From contig CBFGIT010000029.1 in assembly GCA_965648905.1 (NCBI GenBank), positions 1 to 31,756 of the forward strand: 31,756 bases of DNA, in the 5' to 3' direction. Origin of the DNA: a candidate division WOR-3 bacterium (GTDB lineage Bacteria; Hydrothermota; Tepidihabitantia; Tepidihabitantales; Tepidihabitantaceae). The notes beneath the pieces were generated by a model. That model saw nothing but the letters and a program-made list of their open reading frames with translations. It did no database searches and had not been told where the DNA came from. The translations under genes and the position numbers were made by a program. Shown here piece by piece: positions 16,681-25,918 of this stretch. Position 1 is the stretch's first letter, and each line of letters begins with the position of its first letter.

Positions 16681-17837
16681 CGGGCACCGTCCACGATGGC
16701 GGCGAGAATGTCGCTCGGATTGTGGACCCAGCCGCCGCAATGGGGCACGAGCGTGGTCCGGCACTGGCCGGCAGTTGCCCGCTGGAGCTCGCGGAACATC
16801 TGGCCGAGGTTGAGTTCGGGCATCACCATGGTCTTCACCCGGCCGGCCAGTTCGCGGACTTTCTTCTCGGGAAACGGCCAGACCGTGATGAGCCTCAAGA
16901 AACCGACCTTGATGCCCTGCTTCCGGGCGTCGGCAATCGCCTTGGTTGCGACCCGGGCGCTGATGCCGTAGGCGACCACAATCACATCGGCGTCGTCCAG
17001 ACGTTCTTCCTTGAACATCATCAGCGCGTCGGCATTGCGGGCAATCTTGTCGGCCAGACGCGAGACACAAAGCTGCTGGCACTCGGCATTGATGACCGGG
17101 TAGCCGCGCTGGTCATGAGTCAGGCCGGTGATGTGGAACCGGTAGTCGTCTCCGGCCCGGACCATGGGCGGAACACCGTCGGCATCTGGTTGATAGGGTT
17201 GGTACTTGTCTTTGGGGCCGCGATACCAGCGCCGGGATTCGACCTCGATTTCGCCCACTGGCGGGATGACGACCTTCTCAGTCATGTGGCCGACGCACTC
17301 ATCCATCATCAGGAGCACCGGCACGCGGTACTTCTCTGAGAGGTTGAAACAGCGGATGGTCAGGTCAAAGCATTCCTGGGGCGAAGCCGGGCAGAGCGCG
17401 ATAATCTCATAGTCGCCGTGCGAACCCCAGCGGGCCTGCATCATGTCCTGCTGGCCGGTGAGGGTCGGCAGGCCGGTCGAAGGCCCGCCCCGCTGCACGT
17501 CGATGACCACACACGGCGTTTCGGTCATGATGCCGAGTCCCAGATTCTCCATCATCAGGGAGAAACCTGGACCCGAGGTGACGGTCATAGCCTTGGCCCC
17601 GGCCCAGGATGCGCCGAGCACCGCGGCGATTGATGCCAGCTCGTCCTCCATCTGGATGAACGTGCCGCCGACTTTCGGAAACCTTTCGGCGATGCGCTCC
17701 GCGACCTCGGTAGAAGGCGTAATCGGATAGCCGGCAACAAACCGGCAGCCCGCGGCAATCGCGCCTTCGGCCGCAGCGTGGTCGCCATCCAGATAGTGAG
17801 CGCCGGTCAGTACCGGACCGCGCACCGGCCTACTCAT
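16677..17837 (-). CDS. korA: 2-oxoacid:ferredoxin oxidoreductase alpha subunit
   Basis: AGYPITPSTE, QMEDE, TSGPG, QRGGPSTGLPT, ELNLGQ. Confidence 0.93.
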   Translation of the reverse strand: MSRPVRGPVLTGAHYLDGDHAAAEGAIAAGCRFVAGYPITPSTEVAERIAERFPKVGGTFIQMEDELASIAAVLGASWAGAKAMTVTSGPGFSLMMENLGLGIMTETPCVVIDVQRGGPSTGLPTLTGQQDMMQARWGSHGDYEIIALCPASPQECFDLTIRCFNLSEKYRVPVLLMMDECVGHMTEKVVIPPVGEIEVESRRWYRGPKDKYQPYQPDADGVPPMVRAGDDYRFHITGLTHDQRGYPVINAECQQLCVSRLADKIARNADALMMFKEERLDDADVIVVAYGISARVATKAIADARKQGIKVGFLRLITVWPFPEKKVRELAGRVKTMVMPELNLGQMFRELQRATAGQCRTTLVPHCGGWVHNPSDILAAIVDGAR

Positions 17838-18112
17838 TCCTTTGCCGCCTCTTCGGGTTGGTCGAGCGTGTTCCAGATGGCGAACTCCGGGCAGAGCGCC
17901 TCACACAGCCGGCAGTTGACACACCGCTCAGGGTGGGCAACGACCGGTGGATGATACCCCTTGCGGTTGAAGTCGCTCGATACATCGAGGACCTTGCGCG
18001 GGCAGTACGCGACGCAGAAGCCGCAGCCTTTGCAGCGCTCGAAGATGACGTGAACTTCGCCATGCGGAGGCTTCTTCTGGTCTGCGTCCAGGGGTTTGCG
18101 CCAGTACTTCAT
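17834..18112 (-). CDS. korD: 2x[4Fe-4S] ferredoxin-like delta subunit of the oxidoreductase
   Basis: CKGCGFCVAYCP and CVNCRLCEALCPEFAI; first gene of a D-A-B-C operon. Confidence 0.9.
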   Translation of the reverse strand: MKYWRKPLDADQKKPPHGEVHVIFERCKGCGFCVAYCPRKVLDVSSDFNRKGYHPPVVAHPERCVNCRLCEALCPEFAIWNTLDQPEEAAKE

Positions 18113-18130
18113 AGGCAAGGCAGGGCAGCA

Positions 18131-18158
18131 ATTATAGAGGCCTGGGCAGCACGGTCAA
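18131..18158 (-). promoter_or_regulatory. Promoter of the kor operon
   Basis: TTGACC-16-TATAAT on the minus strand. Confidence 0.7.
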
Positions 18159-18199
18159 GGAGATGCTTGCGTTCCTAACAGGCAGTGCGACAGGTTGCG

Positions 18200-18228
18200 T
18201 TGACTTCGGGTCAGGGCCGCATTATGAT
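18200..18228 (+). promoter_or_regulatory. Divergent promoter with no credible downstream ORF
   Basis: TTGACT-17-TATGAT. Confidence 0.55.
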
Positions 18229-18232
18229 CTAG

Positions 18233-18413
18233 TCAGGACCCGGTCCTGCCCGGCAAATCAAAGCCCACGGGCAGAGCCTGAGGGCCAGCGATTGGCAAGA
18301 TGGGGACGCCGGCAATCGACCGCAAGTCTGCTTGGCGGCATTCTCAGTGCCGCGAACGCGGCTCGTCAGTCCACCCCCTGTCGAGAGCCGGTTGGTGCCG
18401 ACGTCCCCAACCA
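18233..18413 (+). ncRNA. Candidate structured ncRNA or REPIN-like element
   Basis: Hairpin TCAGG..CTGCCCG/CGGGCAG..CCTGA, then a ~21-bp imperfect stem TGGGGACGCCGGCAATCGACCG/CGGTTGGTGCCGACGTCCCCA with an internal GCCGCG/CGCGGC inverted repeat. Confidence 0.35.
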
Positions 18414-18453
18414 TAGCCGACCCCGAACCAGACTGATTGAACCTGGTGCGGCA

Positions 18454-21400
18454 TCAGCCGGCTGGCACAATTTCTGGCAGGCTGGTGAAGATAAGGAAGG
18501 CGGACACCCTCCTGCCCGGATAGAGCTTGCGGCAGGCCGCGGCGTAGTGTCGGAGCTGGCCGTCGTGGTACTGGCGGGCAAGGGCCGGGATGTCCTTCTT
18601 CTTCACCTGGAAGGTCTTGTAGTCGTAGATTCTGACCTCGTCTCTTGAGACAATCAGGCGGTCGATGCGACCGGTAAGGATGGTCTCGCCGTCCGTGAAC
18701 ATCACCGGCAGCTCAGCAAAGGAGTCAGGCTGGGGACGGATGACCGACCAGACAGACGTGTCAGAATGCAGAGTGCAGAGTGCAGAATGCAGAGTGCCGA
18801 CAAGGGAAAGGTCGAGGCCGTGAAGCCGCAGCAGGCGCTCGATTTCGGCGGTAAGCTGTGCGCTGTCAGCGGTCAGAGTGCCTCTTGAGATTCTCTCCAG
18901 CAGTTTGTGCATCACTTCGCCGGTACCGACTGCTTCTTCGCCGAAGTCCCGGAAGTCGATGGCGAGATTGCGCGTGACCGCGCGGATGGTCGGGGCAGGC
19001 TCAGGCGATATCCGGACAGTGGCAACGCGGGGTTTGGGCTGCGGCCTTGCCCCGAGTTTCCGGGCAGGCACAGCGGCAGGGATGTCTTCGGGTGTCAGGC
19101 AGTGGACGCCGGGGATGTTCTCTTTGAGACTAAAACCGTTCCCGTCTTCCTGAAGCCCAAGGTGCTCTTCGAGCCAGTTGAGGAGCGTGTTGGTGCGGCT
19201 CTTGTGCCAGACACCGGTGATGAAGAGCGCGTCGGTCGCCCGCGTGCAGGCGACGTAGCAGGCACGCTTCTCTTCTTCCCACTCCTTCTCGGCAAACTCG
19301 GCATGGAAGGCGTTCTCCTTGCGCCGGTCTGATTTCTCGATGTAGGAGACCCAGGCCAGGTCTGGTCCCCGCTCTTCGATGAGGAGCTTGTCGTCGTCCC
19401 GCCTTTTCAGCGACACGTCGGCCCCGGCGTAGAAGACCACCGGGAACTGAAGCCCTTTGGCATTGTGAATGGTCATTATCTGCACGGCCTTGCTCGACTC
19501 GACGCTCACGTCAGCCCGCTTCTCGTCCGGCTTGCCGGCCAGGTACTCGATGATGCGCAGCGGATGCTTACCTTCGAGCTCCATCGCCTCGATGATACTC
19601 AGAAACTTACGGATATTGGCGACGCGCTGCGGTTCCCAGAAGACCCTCCACGCCCCGCGGTCAGACAAGGCCTGTTCGAGAATCGAAGCCAGGGTCTGGC
19701 GGTTGACCCGGCCCAGCCAGTTGCGGAGCTGCGCGACGACCGAGCCCAGAGTCGTGTCTCTGCCGGCGAGCGGCTGAAGTTTGTCCCAGAGGTGTCGGCC
19801 GGGCGCAAGCGCGGCGAGGACCAGGTCGCGTTCGGCCAGGGAGAAGAGCGGGCCGCGCAGTACAGCGTACAGGGCAAAGCCGTCAGTCGGGTCAACAAGG
19901 AACGAGAGCAGACTCTTCAGGTGACAGACTTCGGCTTCCTCGAAGAAACCTTCGCCGCCGACGGTAACAAACGGGATGGAGTGCTCGTGCAGGACGTCGG
20001 TGAGTGTGGTCAGGTGGGTGCGCGCGCGAATCAGAATGGCGATGTCACCGTACTCGCACGGCCGGGCGGTTTCGACGTCGCCCTGCCTTTCGAAGATGGT
20101 TAGTGCGTTCGGGACACGGTCATGTCCCTGCACGAGAGAAATGATGCGGCGGCAGATGAGCTCGGCCTCCAGCTTGCGGCGTTCGGACATGTTCTCGTCG
20201 CTGCGGTCGAGCAGAATCTCCACCTGTCCGGCAGCGTCGTTCTTGCGGCCGCGCTCAAACGGCTCGTAGACCGTGCGCCAGGCCGGGTTGGTCGGACCGG
20301 TCTCACCCGTCTGACTCATGAGCTTCGAGAAGAAGGCGTTGGTGAAATCGATGATGGCCTGCAGGCTGCGGTAGTTGTACTTAATGTGCTTGTCGGCCAC
20401 GCGGTCGCCTAAGTCCGCGTGCAGCCGCTTGCGGGCTTCGGCAAAGACCTCGACTTTGGCGTCGCGGAAAAGGTAGATTGACTGCTTGACGTCGCCGACG
20501 ATGAAGATGGTCGGCTCGATGCCCAGCTCGGCCTTGGCCCCTTCGCCGGCCCGCCACTCCTCGGTCAGTTTGAGGATGATGGCCCACTGGAGGTAGCTCG
20601 TATCCTGGAACTCGTCCACAAGCAGGTGGTCGGTCTGCTCGTCAAAGGCGTACAGGATGCTCTGCCACTGTTCATCCTCAGAGATGACCTTGAGCGCGCG
20701 GTGTTCCATGTCGACGAAGTCGATAACACCGGCTTCGCGCTTGTACTCGTCGTACGCGGCAAGGAAGCGACGGCGGAACAGGTCCAGCATCCGGCCGAAC
20801 TCGTCGTAGTCTGCGAGCGTGAGCAGGACGTTGCGGTACTCGGCCATCATCTCGTTCCACTCTTTGACTTCGTCGGGGACGCCGCGCTTGCGGATGGGGC
20901 CGCCGCCCGGGTTCAGGAACACGAGCCTGTTCTCCTCAAGCCGCTCCAGGGTGCGGGCAACCATCTCCGGCGACGGGTCATCCGGAAACAGCTTCGCGTA
21001 GCAGCCCGGCAGCTTCTCGCGGCCGATGGGGTGCGCGGCCAGTTGCGCACGCAGGATACGCAGTCTCTCGCACGCGGCAGGCGCAGGTTCGGCACGCTCG
21101 ACCGCGACGCGCTTGGCGTACAGTTTTGAGAACTGCTCGGTCAGCTTCTCCCAACCCATGCTCTTGCCCCGGCTCACGAGCGCCATCAGGTTACGGAAGT
21201 CGGCGCTGGTACGCGGCTCAGAGGCAATACGGCTCAGCGTGTCGTAGAGCGCGCGGCTCCAGAGCGCGCCCGCGCCGGACTCTTCCAGTCCTTCGAGCGC
21301 CGGGTCCAGACCGACATGGGGCGCGAACCGGCGCAGCAGGCCCAGACAGAATGCATGGATGGTCGAGATACGCAGACGCAGGATGTTCTCACGCACCTTC

Positions 21401-21597
21401 ATGTAGAGGTCAGGATGGTTCTGACGCAATCGCTTGAGGATGCGCTCTTTCATCTCGGCCGCTGCTTTGTCGGTGAAAGTTAGGGTAAGAATGCGCTCAG
21501 GCGCGACCCCGAGCCGGAGCAGCTCGATGTAGCGCCGGCTCAGTTCCTCGGTCTTGCCTGAGCCGGCTGGCGCGGCGACGATGAGACTCTTGAGCAT
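18454..21597 (-). CDS. addA: AddA/UvrD-type ATP-dependent helicase-nuclease
   Basis: APAGSGKT, LTFTDKAAAEM, STIHAF, VDEFQDTS, VGDVKQSIY, TIHNAKGLQF, YVACTRA; C-terminal nuclease GRIDRL..DYKT; start ATG 21597. Confidence 0.92.
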   Translation of the reverse strand: MLKSLIVAAPAGSGKTEELSRRYIELLRLGVAPERILTLTFTDKAAAEMKERILKRLRQNHPDLYMKVRENILRLRISTIHAFCLGLLRRFAPHVGLDPALEGLEESGAGALWSRALYDTLSRIASEPRTSADFRNLMALVSRGKSMGWEKLTEQFSKLYAKRVAVERAEPAPAACERLRILRAQLAAHPIGREKLPGCYAKLFPDDPSPEMVARTLERLEENRLVFLNPGGGPIRKRGVPDEVKEWNEMMAEYRNVLLTLADYDEFGRMLDLFRRRFLAAYDEYKREAGVIDFVDMEHRALKVISEDEQWQSILYAFDEQTDHLLVDEFQDTSYLQWAIILKLTEEWRAGEGAKAELGIEPTIFIVGDVKQSIYLFRDAKVEVFAEARKRLHADLGDRVADKHIKYNYRSLQAIIDFTNAFFSKLMSQTGETGPTNPAWRTVYEPFERGRKNDAAGQVEILLDRSDENMSERRKLEAELICRRIISLVQGHDRVPNALTIFERQGDVETARPCEYGDIAILIRARTHLTTLTDVLHEHSIPFVTVGGEGFFEEAEVCHLKSLLSFLVDPTDGFALYAVLRGPLFSLAERDLVLAALAPGRHLWDKLQPLAGRDTTLGSVVAQLRNWLGRVNRQTLASILEQALSDRGAWRVFWEPQRVANIRKFLSIIEAMELEGKHPLRIIEYLAGKPDEKRADVSVESSKAVQIMTIHNAKGLQFPVVFYAGADVSLKRRDDDKLLIEERGPDLAWVSYIEKSDRRKENAFHAEFAEKEWEEEKRACYVACTRATDALFITGVWHKSRTNTLLNWLEEHLGLQEDGNGFSLKENIPGVHCLTPEDIPAAVPARKLGARPQPKPRVATVRISPEPAPTIRAVTRNLAIDFRDFGEEAVGTGEVMHKLLERISRGTLTADSAQLTAEIERLLRLHGLDLSLVGTLHSALCTLHSDTSVWSVIRPQPDSFAELPVMFTDGETILTGRIDRLIVSRDEVRIYDYKTFQVKKKDIPALARQYHDGQLRHYAAACRKLYPGRRVSAFLIFTSLPEIVPAG

Positions 21598-21598
21598 G

Positions 21599-24394
21599 TC
21601 AGCCTTGCTCCGGTCTTTCGCGGCCGCACAGGAACGCCTGCGGGCAGTCCTCGCACAGCTTCTCGTCGGCCGGGGCTGGCGCGAACTCAGCGGCACGGAT
21701 GGCCTGGGCAATCTCGGCAACGTTCTCAAGCGCGGCCACGACCAGCACATCAACCTGGTAGTCGTCGTTCGCCAGCCAGTAGACCCTTGCCTCGCGGGTC
21801 ATATAAATGCCCATGTTATCGATGGTCGTACCCTGCCTCGCGGCCTTAAGCAGGTGGGAATAGACCGGCAACTGCAGGTGGGTGCGGGCTTCGATGACAT
21901 CCCGGGCAGTGACCTTGCCCGAGCTGCCGGTTTTGTAGTCGAGCACGCGCAACCGCTTGCCGCTCGCGTCATATCGGTCGATGCGGCCCTTGACCTGCAC
22001 GTCCGGCCCGGCCAATCCGACCAGCGCTGTCTCAGTGCCGGCCGGACTGAAACCCTCGGCGCGTAGTCCGGCCTCACACTCGATGATGTCATCGATGCTG
22101 TTCTCGAACAGACGTCTTGTGACCTCGGCCCAGAACCGGCTGAGCCCGGATTCAGCGATTACGTCGTTCAGGCTCTCAAGCGCCTTCTGCCTGATTTGTT
22201 CCAAGGGTACTGGTCCATCGCGGTAGAGCTTGGCCAGGGCCCGGTGGACGATGATACCGTAGAGTTGCGGCTCGACCTCCAGCCCGGGTAGGTCCAGAGG
22301 TTCGAGCCCGAGGACATCGCTCAGGTAGAAGCAGTAGGGACAGGCGCGAAACCTTTCCAGCGCTGTGACGCTCAACCTGCGCTCCGGGCCGAAGCGCTTC
22401 CTGAGTGCGGCGAGCACGTCCTTGTCCTTGCTCACGTCCACCGGTCGGCCCATCTGAGGCAGGGTCTGTCCGGTCGCCGCGCCCTCATAGCGCTGCTCCT
22501 CCTCGGGCGAGAACAGACCCGGAGCCGGCTGAACCGGTTTCGGCTCGAGGTCGAGAAACGGCGTGGGCAGGACCAGCTTCGCGTCGGCCGCAGCGTGGTA
22601 GCTGAGCCAGGGCGTCCGTCGGCTGCAGTTGCACGTCCGCTCGAAGTGGAACCGCTCGTGGTCGCGGTGCCAGTCGATGTCAGGCAGTCCCAGTCTGCGC
22701 CGGACCGAATCCGGCAGCAGCGGGTCAACCGGATAGCGTGAGGGAAGAGCCGATTCGGTCAGAGCGCCGATGTAGAGATTCTCAGGCGCAAGGCCCAGGG
22801 TCTCAGGCAGAGAAATGACCAGTACTCCGTGGGGCACGCGCTCAAGCGTGCGCTGGGACAGGCCGATGAGGTAGGTCAGGTTCCTGGTGAACTCGGTCAG
22901 GCTGGTCGGCTTGGTCCCGAAGTCAGTCTCGAAGTCCGCCAGCGAATCAAGGATGTCGTAAAGCTCCCCGCGGTCTTCAAGAAGGCGTTGGGCCTCAGGG
23001 TCATCGGCCGCGAGGTCGCGGCAGAACCCGGCAGCTTCGAGCAGGCGCTTGAGACTGCGGGCAAACTCACCCAGGGTGTCGGGCTTTGACATGAACTTCT
23101 CAACAAAGCCGATGGCCTGATGCACGCGCTGCTCGAGGTTGCGGGCGAACTTCTGTTCTTCGTCGTCCCTGAAGCCGTACTCGGGCTTGAGCAGCCCGGC
23201 CAGGTGCTGCCAGGAGTCCTTGCCTTTGACGATGCCGGCTTCGCACGCGGCGCGGTTGAGTGCCGCGGCAGCAGCAGCGCGGGGCGTACCGTCCTTGTCC
23301 GCGCTCAGGCGCAGCAGGCCGGGCAGGAACTCGGACGAGAACGCCGCGGTTGTGGCGGTCCGTTCAAAGCCGGTCTCAAGCGCGGCCAGCAGTTCGAGCA
23401 CGGCGACGACCGGCGGCGATGCGGCAAGGTCCTGAGCCGGATACACGGTGGCCGGGATGCCGTACTCCCGGAACGTGCGGCAGGCAAGTGGGGCCATGGC
23501 CTGAAGCGTAGGAAAGGCGACCACGGTCTTCGCAATGTCGAGTCGGCCGTCGAGACACTGCTGCTTGATGTCCCGACAGATGCCGACTATTTCGTCTTCC
23601 GGCGAGCTGAAGCTGAACAGCGTCGGCTCAGGTCGGGCCGGTGCGGGCTCCAGTTGCGTAACCGATAATCCCTGCTGCCTGAGGAATCGCGTGAAACCAG
23701 CCCCAAGCCGGTACGCCGGGTCATCACCAGTGGTACCGTAGCAGAGTGCCACAGCCGTCTCCGCCCGTTCCAGCAGACGAGCGATGAGCCGCAGTTCCAG
23801 AGTGCTGGGTGCGACAAAGCTGTCCAGCACGAGCAACCGGGCCGGGTCAGATGCCGCTGTCCAGGACGCAGCCAGGGCGAGGATGTCTTCGTCGTCAGAC
23901 CAGCCCTGTTCCTTGAGGACAGCATCGTAGGACTGGAGCACATTGAGGGCTTCGAGTGCGCGGGACTTGGGCTTCTCGTAGGGGTCGAGCAGTTCAGCGA
24001 CAATCCGCCGCGTAGCCGCGAGGTCTTCGGCCGCGGCACCGAGCTTCAAGTCCCGGATGAAATGAGCAACTGCCGAGCAGTAACCGATCGACGATGGTCT
24101 GGCCAGCAGACGCTGCACCAGCAGCGGCTTGAGCTCGGCGCGGAACCGGCGCGTGGTCCCGAACTCCTCGTGGAGTTCGCGGGCAAGCTCGAACAGGGTC
24201 AGAAATCGGGGCGGAACAAAGACATCGCGCTCCAAAGTGCGGGCGAACCGCACCTGCGCGTCCCGGAGTTTGCGCGGGCTGGGACAGAGATAAAGAACTT
24301 CGCCCGGCTCAACCCTGGATTCAGATACGACTGCCAGCAGCCGGTCGCTCGCGTCCGGCGCATTGAACGGAGCCAGCAGCAACTGGCGCTTCAC
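21599..24394 (-). CDS. addB: AddB-type PD-(D/E)XK nuclease subunit with Fe-S staple
   Basis: LSVTALERFRACPY, GRIDRYD..LDYKTG, QLPVY, CEDCPQAFLC; directly upstream of addA. Confidence 0.85.
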   Translation of the reverse strand: MKRQLLLAPFNAPDASDRLLAVVSESRVEPGEVLYLCPSPRKLRDAQVRFARTLERDVFVPPRFLTLFELARELHEEFGTTRRFRAELKPLLVQRLLARPSSIGYCSAVAHFIRDLKLGAAAEDLAATRRIVAELLDPYEKPKSRALEALNVLQSYDAVLKEQGWSDDEDILALAASWTAASDPARLLVLDSFVAPSTLELRLIARLLERAETAVALCYGTTGDDPAYRLGAGFTRFLRQQGLSVTQLEPAPARPEPTLFSFSSPEDEIVGICRDIKQQCLDGRLDIAKTVVAFPTLQAMAPLACRTFREYGIPATVYPAQDLAASPPVVAVLELLAALETGFERTATTAAFSSEFLPGLLRLSADKDGTPRAAAAAALNRAACEAGIVKGKDSWQHLAGLLKPEYGFRDDEEQKFARNLEQRVHQAIGFVEKFMSKPDTLGEFARSLKRLLEAAGFCRDLAADDPEAQRLLEDRGELYDILDSLADFETDFGTKPTSLTEFTRNLTYLIGLSQRTLERVPHGVLVISLPETLGLAPENLYIGALTESALPSRYPVDPLLPDSVRRRLGLPDIDWHRDHERFHFERTCNCSRRTPWLSYHAAADAKLVLPTPFLDLEPKPVQPAPGLFSPEEEQRYEGAATGQTLPQMGRPVDVSKDKDVLAALRKRFGPERRLSVTALERFRACPYCFYLSDVLGLEPLDLPGLEVEPQLYGIIVHRALAKLYRDGPVPLEQIRQKALESLNDVIAESGLSRFWAEVTRRLFENSIDDIIECEAGLRAEGFSPAGTETALVGLAGPDVQVKGRIDRYDASGKRLRVLDYKTGSSGKVTARDVIEARTHLQLPVYSHLLKAARQGTTIDNMGIYMTREARVYWLANDDYQVDVLVVAALENVAEIAQAIRAAEFAPAPADEKLCEDCPQAFLCGRERPEQG

Positions 24395-24432
24395 GAGCAG
24401 AACCTGACAGCCGTGGCTGCCAGCGGTCTGGC

Positions 24433-24543
24433 CTAGCTGGCTTCGGTCTTCTTGGCCTCGGCCTTGCGGCGCTCGGCGCGGCGGCGCTTCTTGAGTGCCC
24501 AGCGGTGACGCAGGCGGCGGGTCTTAATCTTGCTTCTTGGCAT
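24433..24543 (-). CDS. 36-aa Lys/Arg-rich small protein
   Basis: AAGGAG RBS 4 nt before ATG 24543; MPRSKIKTRRLRHRWALKKRRRAERRKAEAKKTEAS; fills an operon gap. Confidence 0.7.
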   Translation of the reverse strand: MPRSKIKTRRLRHRWALKKRRRAERRKAEAKKTEAS

Positions 24544-24556
24544 GAGTCTCCTTGGT

Positions 24557-25918
24557 TTATCTGACCAGCACGAAAGGCACGATTTCTGTTCTGGTTCGCA
24601 CGAAGTACAGACCGGCAGGCACTTTGCGGCCGGGTACAACGCCTCGGCCGTCAGGGCGGAATAAGTCGGCTCCAGGTAGAGTACGGACGAGTCGGGCCCG
24701 GAACCGACTGCCGGGCAGCGGCCGGGGTGTGTCTTCGATTCCGGTGAGAGGCGCACTGTTCACGCAGTAGACCTGGGACGAATCAGGCGAACTGCCCACG
24801 AGCACCAAGGCATGGCCGCAGTGGCGCGGGTCGATGACCAGAGCGCCCGTGCTCGAGATGCCGTCGGTTCTGATGCCGGAGTTGAACCAGTAGCCGTTGA
24901 AGTTGGAGCAGTGGTATATCTCTTCCATGTTGATGTTGCCGTTGATGCGTTCCCAGGTACAGTGAACGAAGTTACGGTCCATGGCAAATCCGCGCATGCA
25001 GGAGCTGGCCGAGGCGGTCATCAACTGATACTGGTCCCACTGAGTCGAGTTGGCCGGCCGGTGCAGGTACGACGTGGTCCATGGAAAGCCCCAGCCGTCA
25101 TTGCCGCTGACCACAACGAACAACTCGCCCGAGTCCCGGGCCGCAACTGCGGAAACATAGTCGACGTCGTTCTCAGTCGGCCCCAGCACTTCGTAGTACC
25201 ACACCGTGTCACCGGGGATGCGGTTCTGAGCGTGGTGCACGCGATAGGCCGGATAGTCGCCGCCCCGATAGGTGACGTGGGCGATGCCGGAAGGCTCGAC
25301 CGCCAGCCAGGGCGAAGCGCCCGAGCCGAATCCGCCGAGCTGGCTGCCCCAGAGGGTCTGCGGTTGCCATGCGCCGGACCGGTTTGTCGCGTAGGCGATG
25401 TAGTAGGCGCGGTCCGGAGTCTGGACAATCCAGGCCACGTGCACGCGCTCGCCTTCAAGAGCAATCGTCGGCAGCCATTCGGAAAGCGAGTCATCGGTCA
25501 GGCGCGTCTTCACCCAGGTGCCGGTGCGGTTCGTGGCATACATCACGTCCGCAGTACTGCCGACCGGCACGGTCCACGTCACGTGCGCGCAGCCGGTGTT
25601 CGGCTCGACCGCGATGGCAGCGTGGTTGTTCGTCGACTCGGCGATGACCTCAGGCCGGGTCCAGCCTGAGTCGGCCGGCTTGCGGGCATACATCACGTTC
25701 CGGAGCGAGGTGCTCGCGGCTTCGGTCCAGGTTGCGTGCAGGCAGCCGGACGAATCGCACGCGATTGCCTGCATTGACACCCACTTGCGGACCTGACTGC
25801 GGGTGACTGTGTCGGTCGCGGTCGTGACCCACTGGCCGTAACCGAAAACGCAGAACAGACTGAGAGCAGCGAGCGCTCTAGTCAGTAACCTTGTAGACAA
25901 CGTCGTGCTCGTGCGCAT
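24557..25918 (-). CDS. Secreted beta-propeller-like protein with a short T9SS-like CTD (start uncertain, possibly TTG 25900)
   Basis: Signal peptide RALAALSLFCVFGYG; repeated H(V/A)xW...(I/V)xYA blades; ends TGIE...DGR...AGLYFVR...FVLVR. Confidence 0.78.
   Translation of the reverse strand: MRTSTTLSTRLLTRALAALSLFCVFGYGQWVTTATDTVTRSQVRKWVSMQAIACDSSGCLHATWTEAASTSLRNVMYARKPADSGWTRPEVIAESTNNHAAIAVEPNTGCAHVTWTVPVGSTADVMYATNRTGTWVKTRLTDDSLSEWLPTIALEGERVHVAWIVQTPDRAYYIAYATNRSGAWQPQTLWGSQLGGFGSGASPWLAVEPSGIAHVTYRGGDYPAYRVHHAQNRIPGDTVWYYEVLGPTENDVDYVSAVAARDSGELFVVVSGNDGWGFPWTTSYLHRPANSTQWDQYQLMTASASSCMRGFAMDRNFVHCTWERINGNINMEEIYHCSNFNGYWFNSGIRTDGISSTGALVIDPRHCGHALVLVGSSPDSSQVYCVNSAPLTGIEDTPRPLPGSRFRARLVRTLPGADLFRPDGRGVVPGRKVPAGLYFVRTRTEIVPFVLVR

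Noticed and set aside
18301..18413. tmRNA, tRNA or SRP RNA
   Set aside because: No GTTCRA T-loop, too short for tmRNA, and no SRP helix-8 motif
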